Assembly: GCF_009914755.1 (NCBI RefSeq)
Contig: NC_060942.1
Length of the DNA: 64,000 nt
From: the human T2T-CHM13v2.0 reference genome, Homo sapiens
Direction: 5' to 3' (one strand)
Shown: piece after piece, positions 25,414 through 38,829 of the stretch
Layout of the letters: the number at the start of each line of letters is the position of its first letter
How positions within the stretch are numbered: position 1 is the first letter of the stretch
The notes under the pieces: generated by a model
Told to the model about the DNA's origin: nothing
Database searches by the model: none
What the model saw: only the letters and a program-made list of their open reading frames with translations
Position numbers and translations under genes: made by a program

Positions 25414-26267
25414 GTGATAGAAGCTTTGAAGGATACATCTGAGAAAGGGAGTGATTAAAATGGAACAGGGAAGGCCTCTCTAACAGGTGGTGCATTTGGG
25501 ATAAAACAGATAAGAAAAAGACAACCCTTTGAGAGGAGGAACTGCTTCTAGTCATTAGAAAATATTCTTCGAAGGCCCCCCAGAGAGAGCTCGGTTTGCG
25601 CAGCTGTGGGAGCAGAAGGCTGCAGGCAGAGTTGCATCAACCACAAACCATGACTTTTTGCAAAGTCATGGAATTGGGATGCAACAAAAATTCTTACTAT
25701 ATGTGAAAAGAATATTATGTGCACAAATAAGTTTTGTGAATACTGGTTGAGACAATGCTAAATAGTTTTTGTTTTTTAACTGTAGGCTTTTCAGAGCCCA
25801 GTGAATACTATGAATGACCAAGGATTAAGGGGTCTTATGAGACCAGGGATCTACCTATTTTATAAATGAAACATGTTTCCTGGAGGTCCTAGAATTTGGA
25901 AAGTGATGAACTAGGGCTCTTTAAGTGTTTTTCTGCTTGAGCTGGAGTAGAAGAAGGAAGAAGCAAGTCTGAGTTTCGGGACAGGCAGATGTTGGGCAGA
26001 GAAAGACACACAAAGCTAGAGGAAAGTACCTGGCCTTTCCAGGTTGTTACGCGCTCTTCTTTGACTTGTGTATGTTAAGAGGACCATTGACAAACTTGAC
26101 CAGGTGCAGAGGAAAGCCTGAGAGGTCATAGGCTTAAGGTTGATATGCTGTCAATGGGACCAATGTAGGTGCTCAGAGGGAGAAAGGTATCAGGAAATGG
26201 CACCAATATTTCAGATAAGTAGGACACAAAGGACCCTACTGAAAAACAAAAACATGTTACAGCTTCA

Positions 26268-26637
<370 letters not shown>

Positions 26638-28507
26638 GAAATTTCCTTTGAGATGTCTGCATTCTGTATCTTCCTTATGTTGGAGAAGTTCTTTTCTTGT
26701 GCAAACTCAGACCTGACCAGCTGCAAGTTCCCTACCCACCCAGAGATGCGTTATGTGCTTCCTTTCATGGTCATCTTTGGAATTTTCTCATCTTACTATG
26801 CAGTGTAATTCACTCCTCTTGTGGCATAACAGAAATAAGCGATACATCCATTCAATGTCAAAATGTTCTCTTCAAATACTTATGATTCTCCCTGAATCCA
26901 TCAAAGGGATTTAAATACTTTTGATCAAAAAGATTTGCATAATCTTCTAAAAGGAATATTATTATAATCAACCATGAGGGGGAGGACTTCATCCACATTC
27001 AATGGCCTCACTATCCTCTTTTTCCAAGGCACACTGTCAAACGTTAGAGTTCACCACAAGTAACCCTGTGACAAAACACAGAGGCATACCGCAGAGTGAG
27101 GGTGTCATACCGCAGGATGAGGGTGCCATTCTGCCTCCTTGTTCATTGAAACACAGCTAGAAGCTTTTTGTACCTGTGATTGTGGCTTCCCCCAAAACGA
27201 TGTCATTTTGTTATCCTCTTCCATGTTGTAGACATTATCCAGCGGTGTCTCGCTCATCAATACCAGAATGTTGGGAGAACAAAGAAACACCTCCTCTCCG
27301 ATAAATAAAGCTTCGGAGCAGGGAGCAAACTAATGTTGTTTGCCTCTATGCACCTCCCAACATGCAGCAAAAATATTTTGTATTATTGGTAAAAATATAA
27401 GAATTAATGAAAATGAGATGAATAATTTTTACCTAAATAATCCAAATGCAGTCACGTAATGTTGGTAGTTGTAAAGAAAAAAGAAAAAAGCCTGAAGGTT
27501 ATCCCATAGCTGCCTTGAGATACAGGAAATTTCTTATTCTGTAAAGTTTGTATTATAGTGGGTTAAAAAGCAGGTAAACAGGGCACTCGATTTATTTATA
27601 TTGGGCTTTAGGCTCAAATAAGCATTACTTACCTTCAGACAGTATGAAATTCTGCTGTGCATGGAATGGGATAAAATAGCTTTAATTTAAATTGAGTGTG
27701 TATGGAGCACCTTAAGTATCAACAATTTATGATATGTCATTATCATTATACACATTTTATTAAGATAAGCAGAAATGCCAATAAATATATCCTTTTACCC
27801 CCTGAAAAGTCAGCCTAAGAGACAAATTTACAAACAAAATGCATAGAAAGTTGCTTGTTCTAGGGGAAAGGGAAAGATCCTTTGTCCTACAGGAAAATCT
27901 TGCACTCAACGCCTAGGGCATTTCTTGAGGTCTGTACATAGAGACTGTCATAGTTTCTAACCTTTTGCTCATCAGGAAGAACTCTTCTCATCTTGGGACC
28001 TCTTCTCCCTTCTTGAGTCTAACTTAATAGTGCATAATTGAGACATGATTAATAATAGAACTATTCTAGATTGAAGACAGGCTGTTAGTTCTGGTAAGTG
28101 GATTCACTATGACAGTGAAGTAAAGAGAGGAAAGTTTTGTAGCTTTCGTTTAGTGAAATGAATACAGAAAGGAGATTTTACCAAACTTGGGTTTCTGAAT
28201 CCAAAGCATCAAATGAGTTTCTGTAATTGTAGAGAGCTAAGTAGAAGTAGTAGTTAATAGAGTGGTTAGTCTCACAATGTTAATAAATGTGATTGTTATT
28301 TTGGTGGTAGTAAATACTTTGTGTTAACCATACACTAGGAGCCACTATCCTAATCAGCTACAAGGCAATCTAATATGCAGCAATGAACTCAATGATAGAT
28401 TACATGAGTCAATGAAGAAAGAACCATAATTTTCATACAGCCTTTCTCAGAGATATCTGTGCTAAATAATCAACAAATCATCACTTATGGAAAAAATGGA
28501 TTTTGGC

Positions 28508-29046
28508 TTTTTTTAAATTTTACTTTAAGTTCTGTATGGATACATGTGCAGAATATGCAGGTTTGTTACAAAGGTACACATGTGCCATGGTGGTTTGCTG
28601 CACCTATCAACCCATCACCTAGGTTTTAAACTCCACATGCATTAGGTATTTGTCCTGATGCTCTCCTTTCCCTTGCCCCCCAGCCTGAGACAGGCCCCAG
28701 TGTGTGATGTTCCCCTTCCTGTGTGCATTTGTTCTCATTGTTCAACTCCCACTTATGAGTGAGAACATGCGGCATTTGGTTTTCTGTTCCTGTGTTAGTT
28801 TGCTGAGAATGATGGTTTCCAGCTTTATCCATGTCCCTGCAAAGGACATGAACTCATCCTTTCTTACAGCTGCATAGTATTCCATGGTGTATATGTGCCC
28901 CTTATTTTTTATCCAGTTTATCATTGTTGGGCATTTGAGTTGGTTCCAAGTCTTTGCTATTGTAAATAGTGCTGCAATAAACATATATGTTCATGTGTTT
29001 TTATAGAATGATTTATAATCCTTTGGGTATATACCCAGTAATGGGA
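28508..29046 (-). mobile_element. L1PA7/8-like 3' fragment
   Basis: tttactttaagttc...gccatggtggtttgctgcacctatcaacccatcacctaggtttt. The ORF MFIAALFTIAKTWNQ is the L1 ORF2 C-terminus. Confidence 0.92.
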
Positions 29047-29278
29047 CACATGTCTACAAATTATATCTGGGAAGGTCTGGACAAACACTAGCTCCATGCT
29101 CAAAGATTACCACACATACAAATATAAAAATGGACACCATAGACCCAAATACATCATTTTACATTGTCACAGCATTTGAGAGGTTTAATCTTTCAAACGA
29201 TGGAATAATACAGTGATATTTATAATCAAATTAATGGATGATATTATTGAGTCCTTTTAATTTTGCACTATGAGGTAG

Positions 29279-29649
29279 TGATATGGTTTGGCTGTGTCCC
29301 CACCCAAATCTCATCTTGAATTGTAACTCCCACAATTCCCATGTGTTGCGGGAGGAACCCAGTGGGAGGTAATTGAATCATGGGGGCAGGCCTTTCCCAT
29401 GCTGATCTCACAATAGTGAATAAGTCTCACAAGATCTGATAGTTTTAAAAATGGGAGTTTCCCTGCACAAGCTCTCCTCTCTTTGTCTGCTGTCATCCAT
29501 GTAAAACGTGACTGGCTCCTCTTGCTTTTCACCACCATTGTGAGACCTCCCCAGCCACATGGAACTGTAAGTCCAAGAAAGCTCTTTCTTTTGTAAGTTG
29601 CCCAGTCTCAGGTATATCTTTATCAGCAGCGTGAAAATGGACTAATACA
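29279..29649 (+). mobile_element. THE1 solo LTR (THE1B/C-like)
   Basis: tgatatggtttggctgtgtccccacccaaatctc...gaaaatggactaataca with TG...CA ends. Flanks ggtag/ggtat (5-bp TSD, 1 mismatch). Confidence 0.93.
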
Positions 29650-29659
29650 GGTATTTATT

Positions 29660-29790
29660 GCTATTACCCATATTTTGAAGATTAAAATTACCAAGACTAA
29701 GCAAACACTAGTCATTTTTCAAAGTCACACCTTTACTAGGTGTTGGAGATAAGGTCGAAACTCAGGTCTCTCTGATTCAAAAGTCTACTG
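29660..29790 (-). mobile_element. MIR fragment
   Basis: attacccatatttt...aaagtcacac...aaactcaggtctctctgattcaaaagtc. Confidence 0.5.
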
Positions 29791-31752
29791 CTGAACAACT
29801 GCTGACTGTAAATTGTTAGATCCAGGGAATCTCACTGTTTCCACTCAGTCTTATTCTCAGACTTTATCTTAATTCACCTCAAAATCAAATCGTTCAAATC
29901 AAAGCAAACCACAGAGGGTTCATTTTAAATCTTTTCAAATTGATTGTGGAAATCAATGCAGCCAAAGCGATTAAACACTTACTGTGTGCCAGGTACCCTG
30001 CTAGGTGCTGGAGGAAAAGAGATAAGAGGCAAAGTGCCTAGCTTGGAAAAAATCAGCATAGAGGAAGAGCCATACTTGTGAAGAAGAAACCATCTCACCT
30101 GAGCAGGGACAGTCCCAACATGTTTCCAAGGGAGAAGAAGGATGCCAGAGTGTTAGTCTCAGCCCAACCTGGTGCGGGTGGCGATGGCTTTTCTGCCTCA
30201 CATCAGTGGGGGTCAGTAAGGCGCAGAGGGGAGAGAGTTGAGGAGGAATGCTACAGACAAAAGGGGAATTATTTGTAAAGGGAAATTGTAGTGTATCCCA
30301 GAAATATCAATGTTCACCTATAAAGGAAACATATGTACGTGCTGGGGTTAGCATCATTTCTTTGCACTGTTGAGGTGATCCTGGGAAGCAGGTAGATCAT
30401 AAATATTAAATATCTTCTCTTGATCCCCTGGTCCATTTCAAGTTACTATTGTATTGGATATGAGGTTTAAATCAAAGTTCATGTTTTTGCCTACAGATAT
30501 CCAGTTGCCCCAATACAACTTATTTAAAAGCTATTTTTCCTCCTTTGAATTGCTTTTTTATATTTGCCAAAAATCTGTTGGGCATATTTGCATGGGTCTA
30601 TTTCTGGGTTCTCTATTCTGTTTCCTTGATCTGTATGTTCATCCTTTGGCCAGTCTTGATTAATGCAGCTAGATAGTACACCTTAGCTAGATAGTACACC
30701 TTACCATCAGAAGACTGACGCCTCTCACTTCATTCTGCCTTTGCAAAATGCTTTGGACTATTCTAGGGCCTTTTTCTTTCTATATAAATGTTTAAATAAA
30801 CTTGCATATATCTAAAAGTTACATTGCTTGGATTTTAATAGGAGTTGCATTACACTTATAGATTAATTTGGGGAGAATTGACATCTCTACAATGTGGAAA
30901 CTGCCAATCTAGGAACACAGTATTTCTTGCCATTTATTAAAGTCTTCTTTTATTAATTTTTTTATTAGCATTATTTTTGTAATTTTTAGGGCACAGATCC
31001 TGTCCATGGTTTTTATACTTAAGTACTTAATGTTCTTTGGAGTGCTTTTAAATAGAATCATACTTTCAATTTTGGTGTCCACATGTTTGTCATTAGTACA
31101 TAGAAATGCAATCAGTACTTTTGTGTTGAACTTGTATCTTCTAACCGTACCCAACTCACTCTTAGTTCTAGGAGGTTGGTTGTAAATTTCTTGAAATTTT
31201 TGTACATAGACAACTATGTCTTATGCAAACTAAGTTGTATTTCTTTCTCTCCAATCTGTAGGCCATTTATTTATCTAGCCATATCATGCTGACTAAAGTT
31301 TCCAGTACTCTGTTGAGTAGCAGTGGTGAGAATTTATGTCATTGGCCTGTTCCTGATTTTAGAAGGAAAGCATTTGGTCTTCCACCTGTAAGTATGATGT
31401 TCGCTGTAGGTTTTCTGTAGATCTTCTCTATCAGGCTGCAGAAGTTCCCTTCTATTTCCAGTGTGCTGAATTTTGTTTTTAATCATGAATAAGTATTGAA
31501 TTTTGTCAAATACTTTCTTTTTCTGTGTCATTTGATATAGCTATACTATTTTTTCTTCTTTAGGTTTCTGATAGATTATGTTGATTTTCAAGTCTTGAAC
31601 TAGCCTTGAATGCTAGGAAGAGTCCCATTTTTATATGATGAATTATACCATACTTTGTGTACATGGCTGGATTTAATCTGCTAATATTTTATTGAGGAGT
31701 TTTGTGTCTAGGTTCATGAGACACACTTGTCTATGTTTTTGTTTTGCATTTC

Positions 31753-31769
31753 CTATCTATCTATCTATC

Positions 31770-31816
<47 letters not shown>

Positions 31817-31833
31817 ATCTATCATCTATCTAT
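31753..31833. repeat. Compound (TATC)n / GATA tetranucleotide STR
   Basis: TCTA runs with TCA interruptions. The longest pure run is about 11 units. Confidence 0.97.
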
Positions 31834-32840
31834 ATTTGGATATTAATTCACCTTTATATGTTTAGTAAAAATCTCTGGTGAAACCATATAGACATGAATA
31901 CTTCTTTTCAGGAGGTCTTTAGTTACAAATCAATTTACTTCATGGTTACAGAACTATTTCTGTATTTGTTTCTCTTTGAGTGAGTTTTGATAGTTTCTGG
32001 TTTGTAAAGTATTGGTCATTTTCTCCTAAGTTTTTGAATTTTAGAGGATAAAGTTAATACAAATCACTTATCATTCTTTTAATGGCTACAAAATTGTGGT
32101 ATTCTTTGTTCCATTCCTGATATTGGTAATTTGTGTCTTTTCTCTCTTTGTCAGTGTTGCCAGAGCTTAATTGATTGCATTGATTGTTTTCCCATAGAAA
32201 CCCTTTTTGTTTCAGTGATGTTCTCTGTTCAATTTCATTAATTTCTGCTCTTCATTAATACCTTCCTTCTCCATGTTTGGATTCATTTTGTTCTTCTTTT
32301 TGCAATTTTTTGAGAAGGAACTTAGATTGCTCATGTAAAAGCTTTTCCTTTTTCTAACGTCAGCATTTAGTACTATAGGTTCCTTTCTCAGCACTGTTAC
32401 AGCTGCATTACATGCACTTGATACGTAGAGGTTTTGTTTTCATAACTCTGCAAAAATAGTTTGATGTATTTTTTAACTTCTTTGAGCTTCCCTCTTTGGC
32501 CCATGGATTATTTAGAAGTGTGTTGTTTAGTTTCTTTGCATTTGAAGATGTTTCTGTTGACTTTTAGTTATTCATCAGCAGTTTGCTTCCACAGTTGATA
32601 GAGGACTATTCTGGATGATTTCAATTCTTTAAATTCGTTAAGATTTGTTTTATGTTTGAGGATATGGTCTATCCTGGGAAATGTTCCATGGGTGGTTAAA
32701 AAATGTATATTCTCATTTTGTTGGTAGAATTTTCTGTAAATGTCAAATAGTTCCTTGTGATGGATGGCATTGTTTTTCCATATCTTGCTGATTTTGGTCA
32801 AGTACTATATTTCTATCAATTAATGAAAGTAGGATGTTGA

Positions 32841-33180
<340 letters not shown>

Positions 33181-33654
33181 TCATTTCTATTTGTTGTTTT
33201 CTTCATGTATATGGAAGCTCTGTTTTTTGGTGCATACAAATTTAGGATTGCCATGTTCCTTTTATCACTATGTAACAGCTGCCTTTCTTTGATACTACTA
33301 ATTTTCTTTGCTCTAATGTCTATTTTTATCGGATATTAATATAATCACACCTTTTAATTAAAGTTTTTTATGATGTGACTTTTTGCATTATTTTACATGT
33401 TTAAAGTGAGTTCCTATAGATAGCATATCATTGTTTCATGTTTTTTTTCTTCCCAACCAATCTGCCTTTTGAGGTGTATTTAGGTCATTTACACTTAAAG
33501 TAACTGTTGCAAAGTAACAAAGTAATTGTCAAGGCATCAATTTGCCATTTTAGTATTTGTTTTCTGTGGGTACTCTCAGTTTCCTGTTCCTCTGTTACTT
33601 TTTCTCTCTTTTATTTACTGTGGGATACATGAACATTTTCTTTAGAATTCTGTG

Positions 33655-33942
33655 TTTTTCTTTTCTTTTTTTTTTATTTTTTGAGAGGGAATCTTGCTCT
33701 GTCACCCAGGCTGGAGTGCAACCTCTGCCTCCTAGGTTCAACCTATTCTTCTGTGTCAGCCTCCTGAGTAGCTGGGATTACAGGCATGTGCCATCCTGCC
33801 CAGCTAATTTTTTTGTATTTTTACTAGAGACATGGTTTAACCATGTTGGCCAGGCTGGCCTTGAACTCCTGACCTCAAGTGATCTGTCTGCCTCGGCCTC
33901 CCAAAGTGCTGGGATTACAGGCGTGCACCACCACACCTGACC
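33655..33942 (-). mobile_element. AluSz/Sx with internal ~24-bp deletion
   Basis: ggagtgca|acctctgcc lacks gtggcgcgatctcggctcactgca. TSD tagaattctgt at 33643-33653 and 33943-33953. Confidence 0.92.
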
Positions 33943-34474
33943 TAGAATTCTGTTTTGATTCATTTATAATGTGCCTGACTATATTGCCATAAATAGTTTT
34001 ATTTGTTGTTGCTCTAGATATTACAATATACACGTATCTTATCTCAGCCTATTAGTATCAATGTTTTACCTTTTCAACTGAAGTACTGAAACCTTACTTC
34101 TAATTCAATCCCTTACCTGCCTACTTTTTAAACTTAACTTTCTTAAAAGTTTCCTCTGTGCACAATGAGCACCATAGCTAATGGTGTTATATATTTGTGC
34201 TTCAACAGTGAAATATGATTAAGAAATTCATGAAGTGAAGCATTGTTTATTATGTTAACTCCCATTTTTCTACATTCTATTGTCCTTTTTATTCCTTTAT
34301 GAAATTTATGGCCTTCGTCTGTTATTATTGACTTTCTATATATTTGTTTGCCTTTAGCTATTAAGTGTAAAGTTTTCTAGCGACAGGTTAGCTTAATTTG
34401 TCTTCAACTGGCAATATTTTACCTTTTCCTTCATTCCTGAAGGATAGTTTTATTAGCTATAAAATTCTGTTCTT

Positions 34475-34773
34475 GGCCGGGCACAGTGACTTATTCCTGA
34501 AATCTCAGCACTCTGGGGGCCCAAGGTGGGCAGATCACCTGAGACTGGGAGTTCAAGACCAGTCTGTCTAACATGGCGAAACCCCGTTTCTACTAAAAAC
34601 ACACACACACAAATCAGCTGGGCATGGTTGCATGCACCTGTAATCCCAGCTACTTGGGAGGCTGAGGCAGGAGAATCACTTGAACCTGGGAGGCGGAGGT
34701 TTCAGTGAGCCGAGATTGCTCCGTTGCACTCCAGCTTGGGAAACAAGAGTAAAACTTCATCTCAAAAAAAAAA
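34475..34773 (+). mobile_element. AluSp-like with (CA)n in the central linker
   Basis: Full dimer with aacaagagtaaaact. Degenerate TSD aaaattctgttctt / aaaattattttctt. Confidence 0.9.
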
Positions 34774-37390
34774 ATTATTTTCTTTCAGTACCTGTAAAAT
34801 GTTGTGATGCTTCTGGCTTCCATGAGTTTCTGATGAGAAACTCATGTTTATTAAGATGGCCTTCCTTTACAAATAATGTCATTTCTCTATGGTTATTTTT
34901 TAAAGATTTTTTTTTTTTTTTAGATTTTTAGAACTTTAATTATGCATTTTGTTTGGGATTTCTTTGGATTCATACTGTTTGAAATTTGTTAAGTTTCTTG
35001 TATCTGTAGAGTTATGTTTTTTGTCAAATTGGAGAAGTTTTCAGCCATTACATATTATTATATAGAATTTACCAAAATTATATAATTATTTCTTCAAATA
35101 CACCTGCAGTTTTCCAATTTCTTCTCTTCTGGAATTTTGATGATACAAGTACTAGACCCTCTGCTATTGTCCCAGAAGCCCTTGACACTCTGTTCTTTCT
35201 CTTTTTTCAGGTTAATTTTTCTCCATTGTGCAAACTCTCATAATCTGTCTTCATGTTCACTGATTTTATCCTTTGCCATATCCACTGTACTTTTTAGATA
35301 ATCTAACGAATTTTTTATTTTGATTTTTATATTTTTCAGTTCTATAATTTCCATTCAGGTCTTTTTAAAAATGTACAAAATGGTATGTATTTGTAGAGAT
35401 TTTCTATCATTTAATTTGTTTTGAGAAAATTTATTATAATATATTTTAAAATCCTTCTTACAACAATTCCTCAATATCAATTACAATATCTCAATGTTGG
35501 AGGAAGAGAGTCGGTTGATTTTCTTTTCTCATTCAGGTTATATTTTTTCTGTTTACTTGTAACAAGAGTGATTTTTCAAAATCCTTAATACTTTAGATAC
35601 TATCTCAGGAAACCCTTGGTTCTATTTAAATCTTCTATTTTTGCATGTACCCTATTTATGTATAGGATATGGTCCTAGCTTACTTTTGTAACACATAATT
35701 TCAATGACAATTTAATTATATTTTGAGAGCCTTTTAAATGTGAATCACAGAAACTCCCTGTTCTGCCTTCCTCTGGTCTTAAGGTCTTCAGTTGGTCTAT
35801 TTTCCCACCACCTTTTAGGGGCCTTTTGTGGTTTTCTATCAAGCTATTTATTCCAAGAGTATTTAGTCATATTTAGAGGGAGGTGCAGGGAAAAGTGAGT
35901 CTGTGCCGTCAAAACTTAGGCTTTCTACTTTTAAGTCTAGTATGCTTCTCCTTCCTCTTGGAGATATTTTTGTATCAGAGGTCAACCAGCATTTATTACC
36001 TTATGAATGGTCCTCAAGTTTAAGAAGAAAGACAATAAGTTCAAAATGCTTGTATTCTCCATTCCTCCACTGTAGAGTCAAAGGATGGTGAGCCTGAAGC
36101 AAGGACACAAGCTCAGGTCTGCCCTGAAATCCACATTCAAGGTGACTGGAAATAAGAAACTAAAACTCAACACATAACCCCAAAGGAGAGATATAAATGT
36201 TTGGGGGAGCCAAGTGTTCCACAGAAACCCATCGTGTTTCACTTTTACATAATCAATGCTATTCTCCTTGGTAGAAAGGTTTGTAATTTTACCACATCAT
36301 GAGAGTTTAAATATCTGCTTTTTAGCATTCTAAAGGCAACAGATTAAATCTAAAGGCAACAGATTAATCATATGAGGTAATAAACTGAAACCACTATGAA
36401 ATAGTCTCAGCTGGATGCTAAAAGTCAACATGTACAAGTAAATAAAACTATATCAGTGGCAGAATTCTTGGTTATTAAAATGCAGCCAATACTTGTGCCA
36501 TGAGTCTAACTGGCAATGATGCCCATAAACAACATTTAGATGGCAAGATCATTGAACATTTATTAAAGTATTATGACTACCCCAACAACTACTGTTTCAT
36601 GTTCATGAGAAAGTTTTTCACCGAAAATTAAGTTTAATCACACCAGTTTAACTTTACTTTGATTATCATACAGCTTACCCCAAGATCTGTGGACTTGTGA
36701 GCACTTGATTTATGGCGGATAAATCATGCCCACTGCCCCACGGTCAAAGCTTCTTCATTCTCTTTTCCCAAGGTCAAGTGACACACGACAAAAAGGGTTA
36801 AGGGTCCCTCTGATGGCCTTCTTGTCTGGAGGAATAGTCAGTTTTAGCCCGGAATCTATCAGAACTCATTCAAATACAGTGATTTTTTTTTTTTTAACAA
36901 AAGTAATTCCTGAGGTTATGAAGGAACACAGACATCTGGACCCCAGTCACCTCAGAGAGAGACAACAAGAGGAAAAAGAAAACTCAAGGTCACAAACCCT
37001 CAAGTGGCTTTGATTAGAAGTTAAGATGGACTTCAAAAATACTGGTTGTTCATGCTTAAGAATATGGAAAACTTCATGAATATTACATGCTGTTAATTAA
37101 AAGTATAAACAAGACTAGGTGACTTATACTAGATCTGCATATAAATGAATAAATTTAATTTTAATATTATAATACTACCGTAAGACGTATTACATATTCA
37201 CATGGCTCATGATTTCCTGTGCTATTCCAGGTATATGAATATTCAGCTAGAAGACAACAAGAAAAAAAATAAACTTAAATTACATGTAAATAAAAATACA
37301 GAGCAGAAATTAAGTGATAAACATGTGGATCAAAGTTCCTCTAAGAATTATTTCTTCCAAGTATTTTTTGAACTGAAGAGGAGCACTACT

Positions 37391-37585
37391 TAATTTTTAT
37401 TGAAATTGTATACATTTATTGCATACAGCATGAGGTTTTGATGTACACAGACACAGTGAACAAATTACTGCAGTCAAGCTAATTGACATATCCTTTTCTT
37501 CTCATATCACTTCATAGTTTCCACTCTTTTTTATTCTGAGAACACTTAAGATCTATTCTTTTAGCAGATTTCAAGTACATAATAT
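37391..37585 (-). mobile_element. L1MA (L1MA8/9-like) 3' end fragment
   Basis: cagtcaagctaattgacatatcc...tgagaacacttaagatctattcttttagcagatttcaagtaca. Confidence 0.75.
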
Positions 37586-38829
37586 GTGTGGGCCATCTAA
37601 TATTTGTGAAAATTTCTATATTCTCAAATTTGTCAAACCAATATTCACCTTTTATCTTAAAATCTGAAGATAATTTTTTACACCCAATTTAAGCTGGCTT
37701 TAAAATTGTGTAAATAATGTCCTTTTTCATTTAATGAACATCAATGTTCCAGATTTTATACTTTTTATTTTGAAGCTGTAGCTTTGGGATAACCAAGGTT
37801 TTTAAAAACTTGAACTTCACACAGTGCAATGTTCCTTCTTCAAAACTCTGAAGAGTAGCACATCTAAAAAACAGAAAAAAATCTCAAAAGTTTCCTTGCA
37901 CTTGGTAAGTCAGTATTCATCCAGTGACCCTAGATAATTGAAGAGGTGCTGCCACTGAATTGCTCAGGCACTCCAGCCTAATTGGGACTCTGTTTATGTT
38001 CTCTGTCTATTAATTAATGTGAGTGAAATTAGACAAGTGAAGTGTACCAGCTGTAAGATTATGCAAGAAAACTACTCCTAGACCAGAAGCAATGAAGAGA
38101 ACACACAGGTTTGGACAATTTAGTCTATCATACATGGGTTCTGAATCTTCCCAGTGTATTGAAATGGAGCTTCAACTGGTAAATACTGGGATATACCCGA
38201 TGTAAATTTGTCCCAGTGTAACAATGAATATAAAGCTTGCCAAAATTCTTATTTGAAAAATATACAAAAAATACAGGAAATCAGAAACACAGTTAAATCA
38301 AATATTCATAAATGTCCAAATACCAGAACTGGACTAAATGTGTTTGCAGAAGCAATGACAGAAAGTTAGTTCTGTCTGACAAAGTTTCCACGGCCTCCTT
38401 ATGGAATATCTGCAGGATGTAAGAGAATAAACCTGGAGCCAAGACAATGCTGATGGAAAAGGGTTTCTTATTTTATGTAGCTTTTTCTTTAAAAAATTTT
38501 ATATTACACATACACAGATTTAAAAAGTAAATAAAACTGAACAATTTCTAATGAGAAACAAGTTACCTAAACTGGTGGCCACACCCTACCTTGAATCCAG
38601 CTTTCAAAGCCAGTTCCTCTTAGTTCTTTTGATTGTCAGCTCCACTGCTCAAAACTTTATGAATGTACAACTATTTCTCAACTTCTCGCTAGATGTTATG
38701 TTTTATTTAGATGTTACGTTTTGACTTGAGGGATTAAGAATACAGCTGATTCAGCAACTCATCATTCCTTCCACGTTCCTCATCTTTCCCCTGACAGTAC
38801 ATGTTAAATTATTTTCAATGATTACTTTA

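Noticed and set aside
28626-28984. ORF with L1 ORF2 C-terminal sequence as a gene
   Set aside because: A truncated L1PA fragment of about 540 bp that cannot encode functional ORF2.
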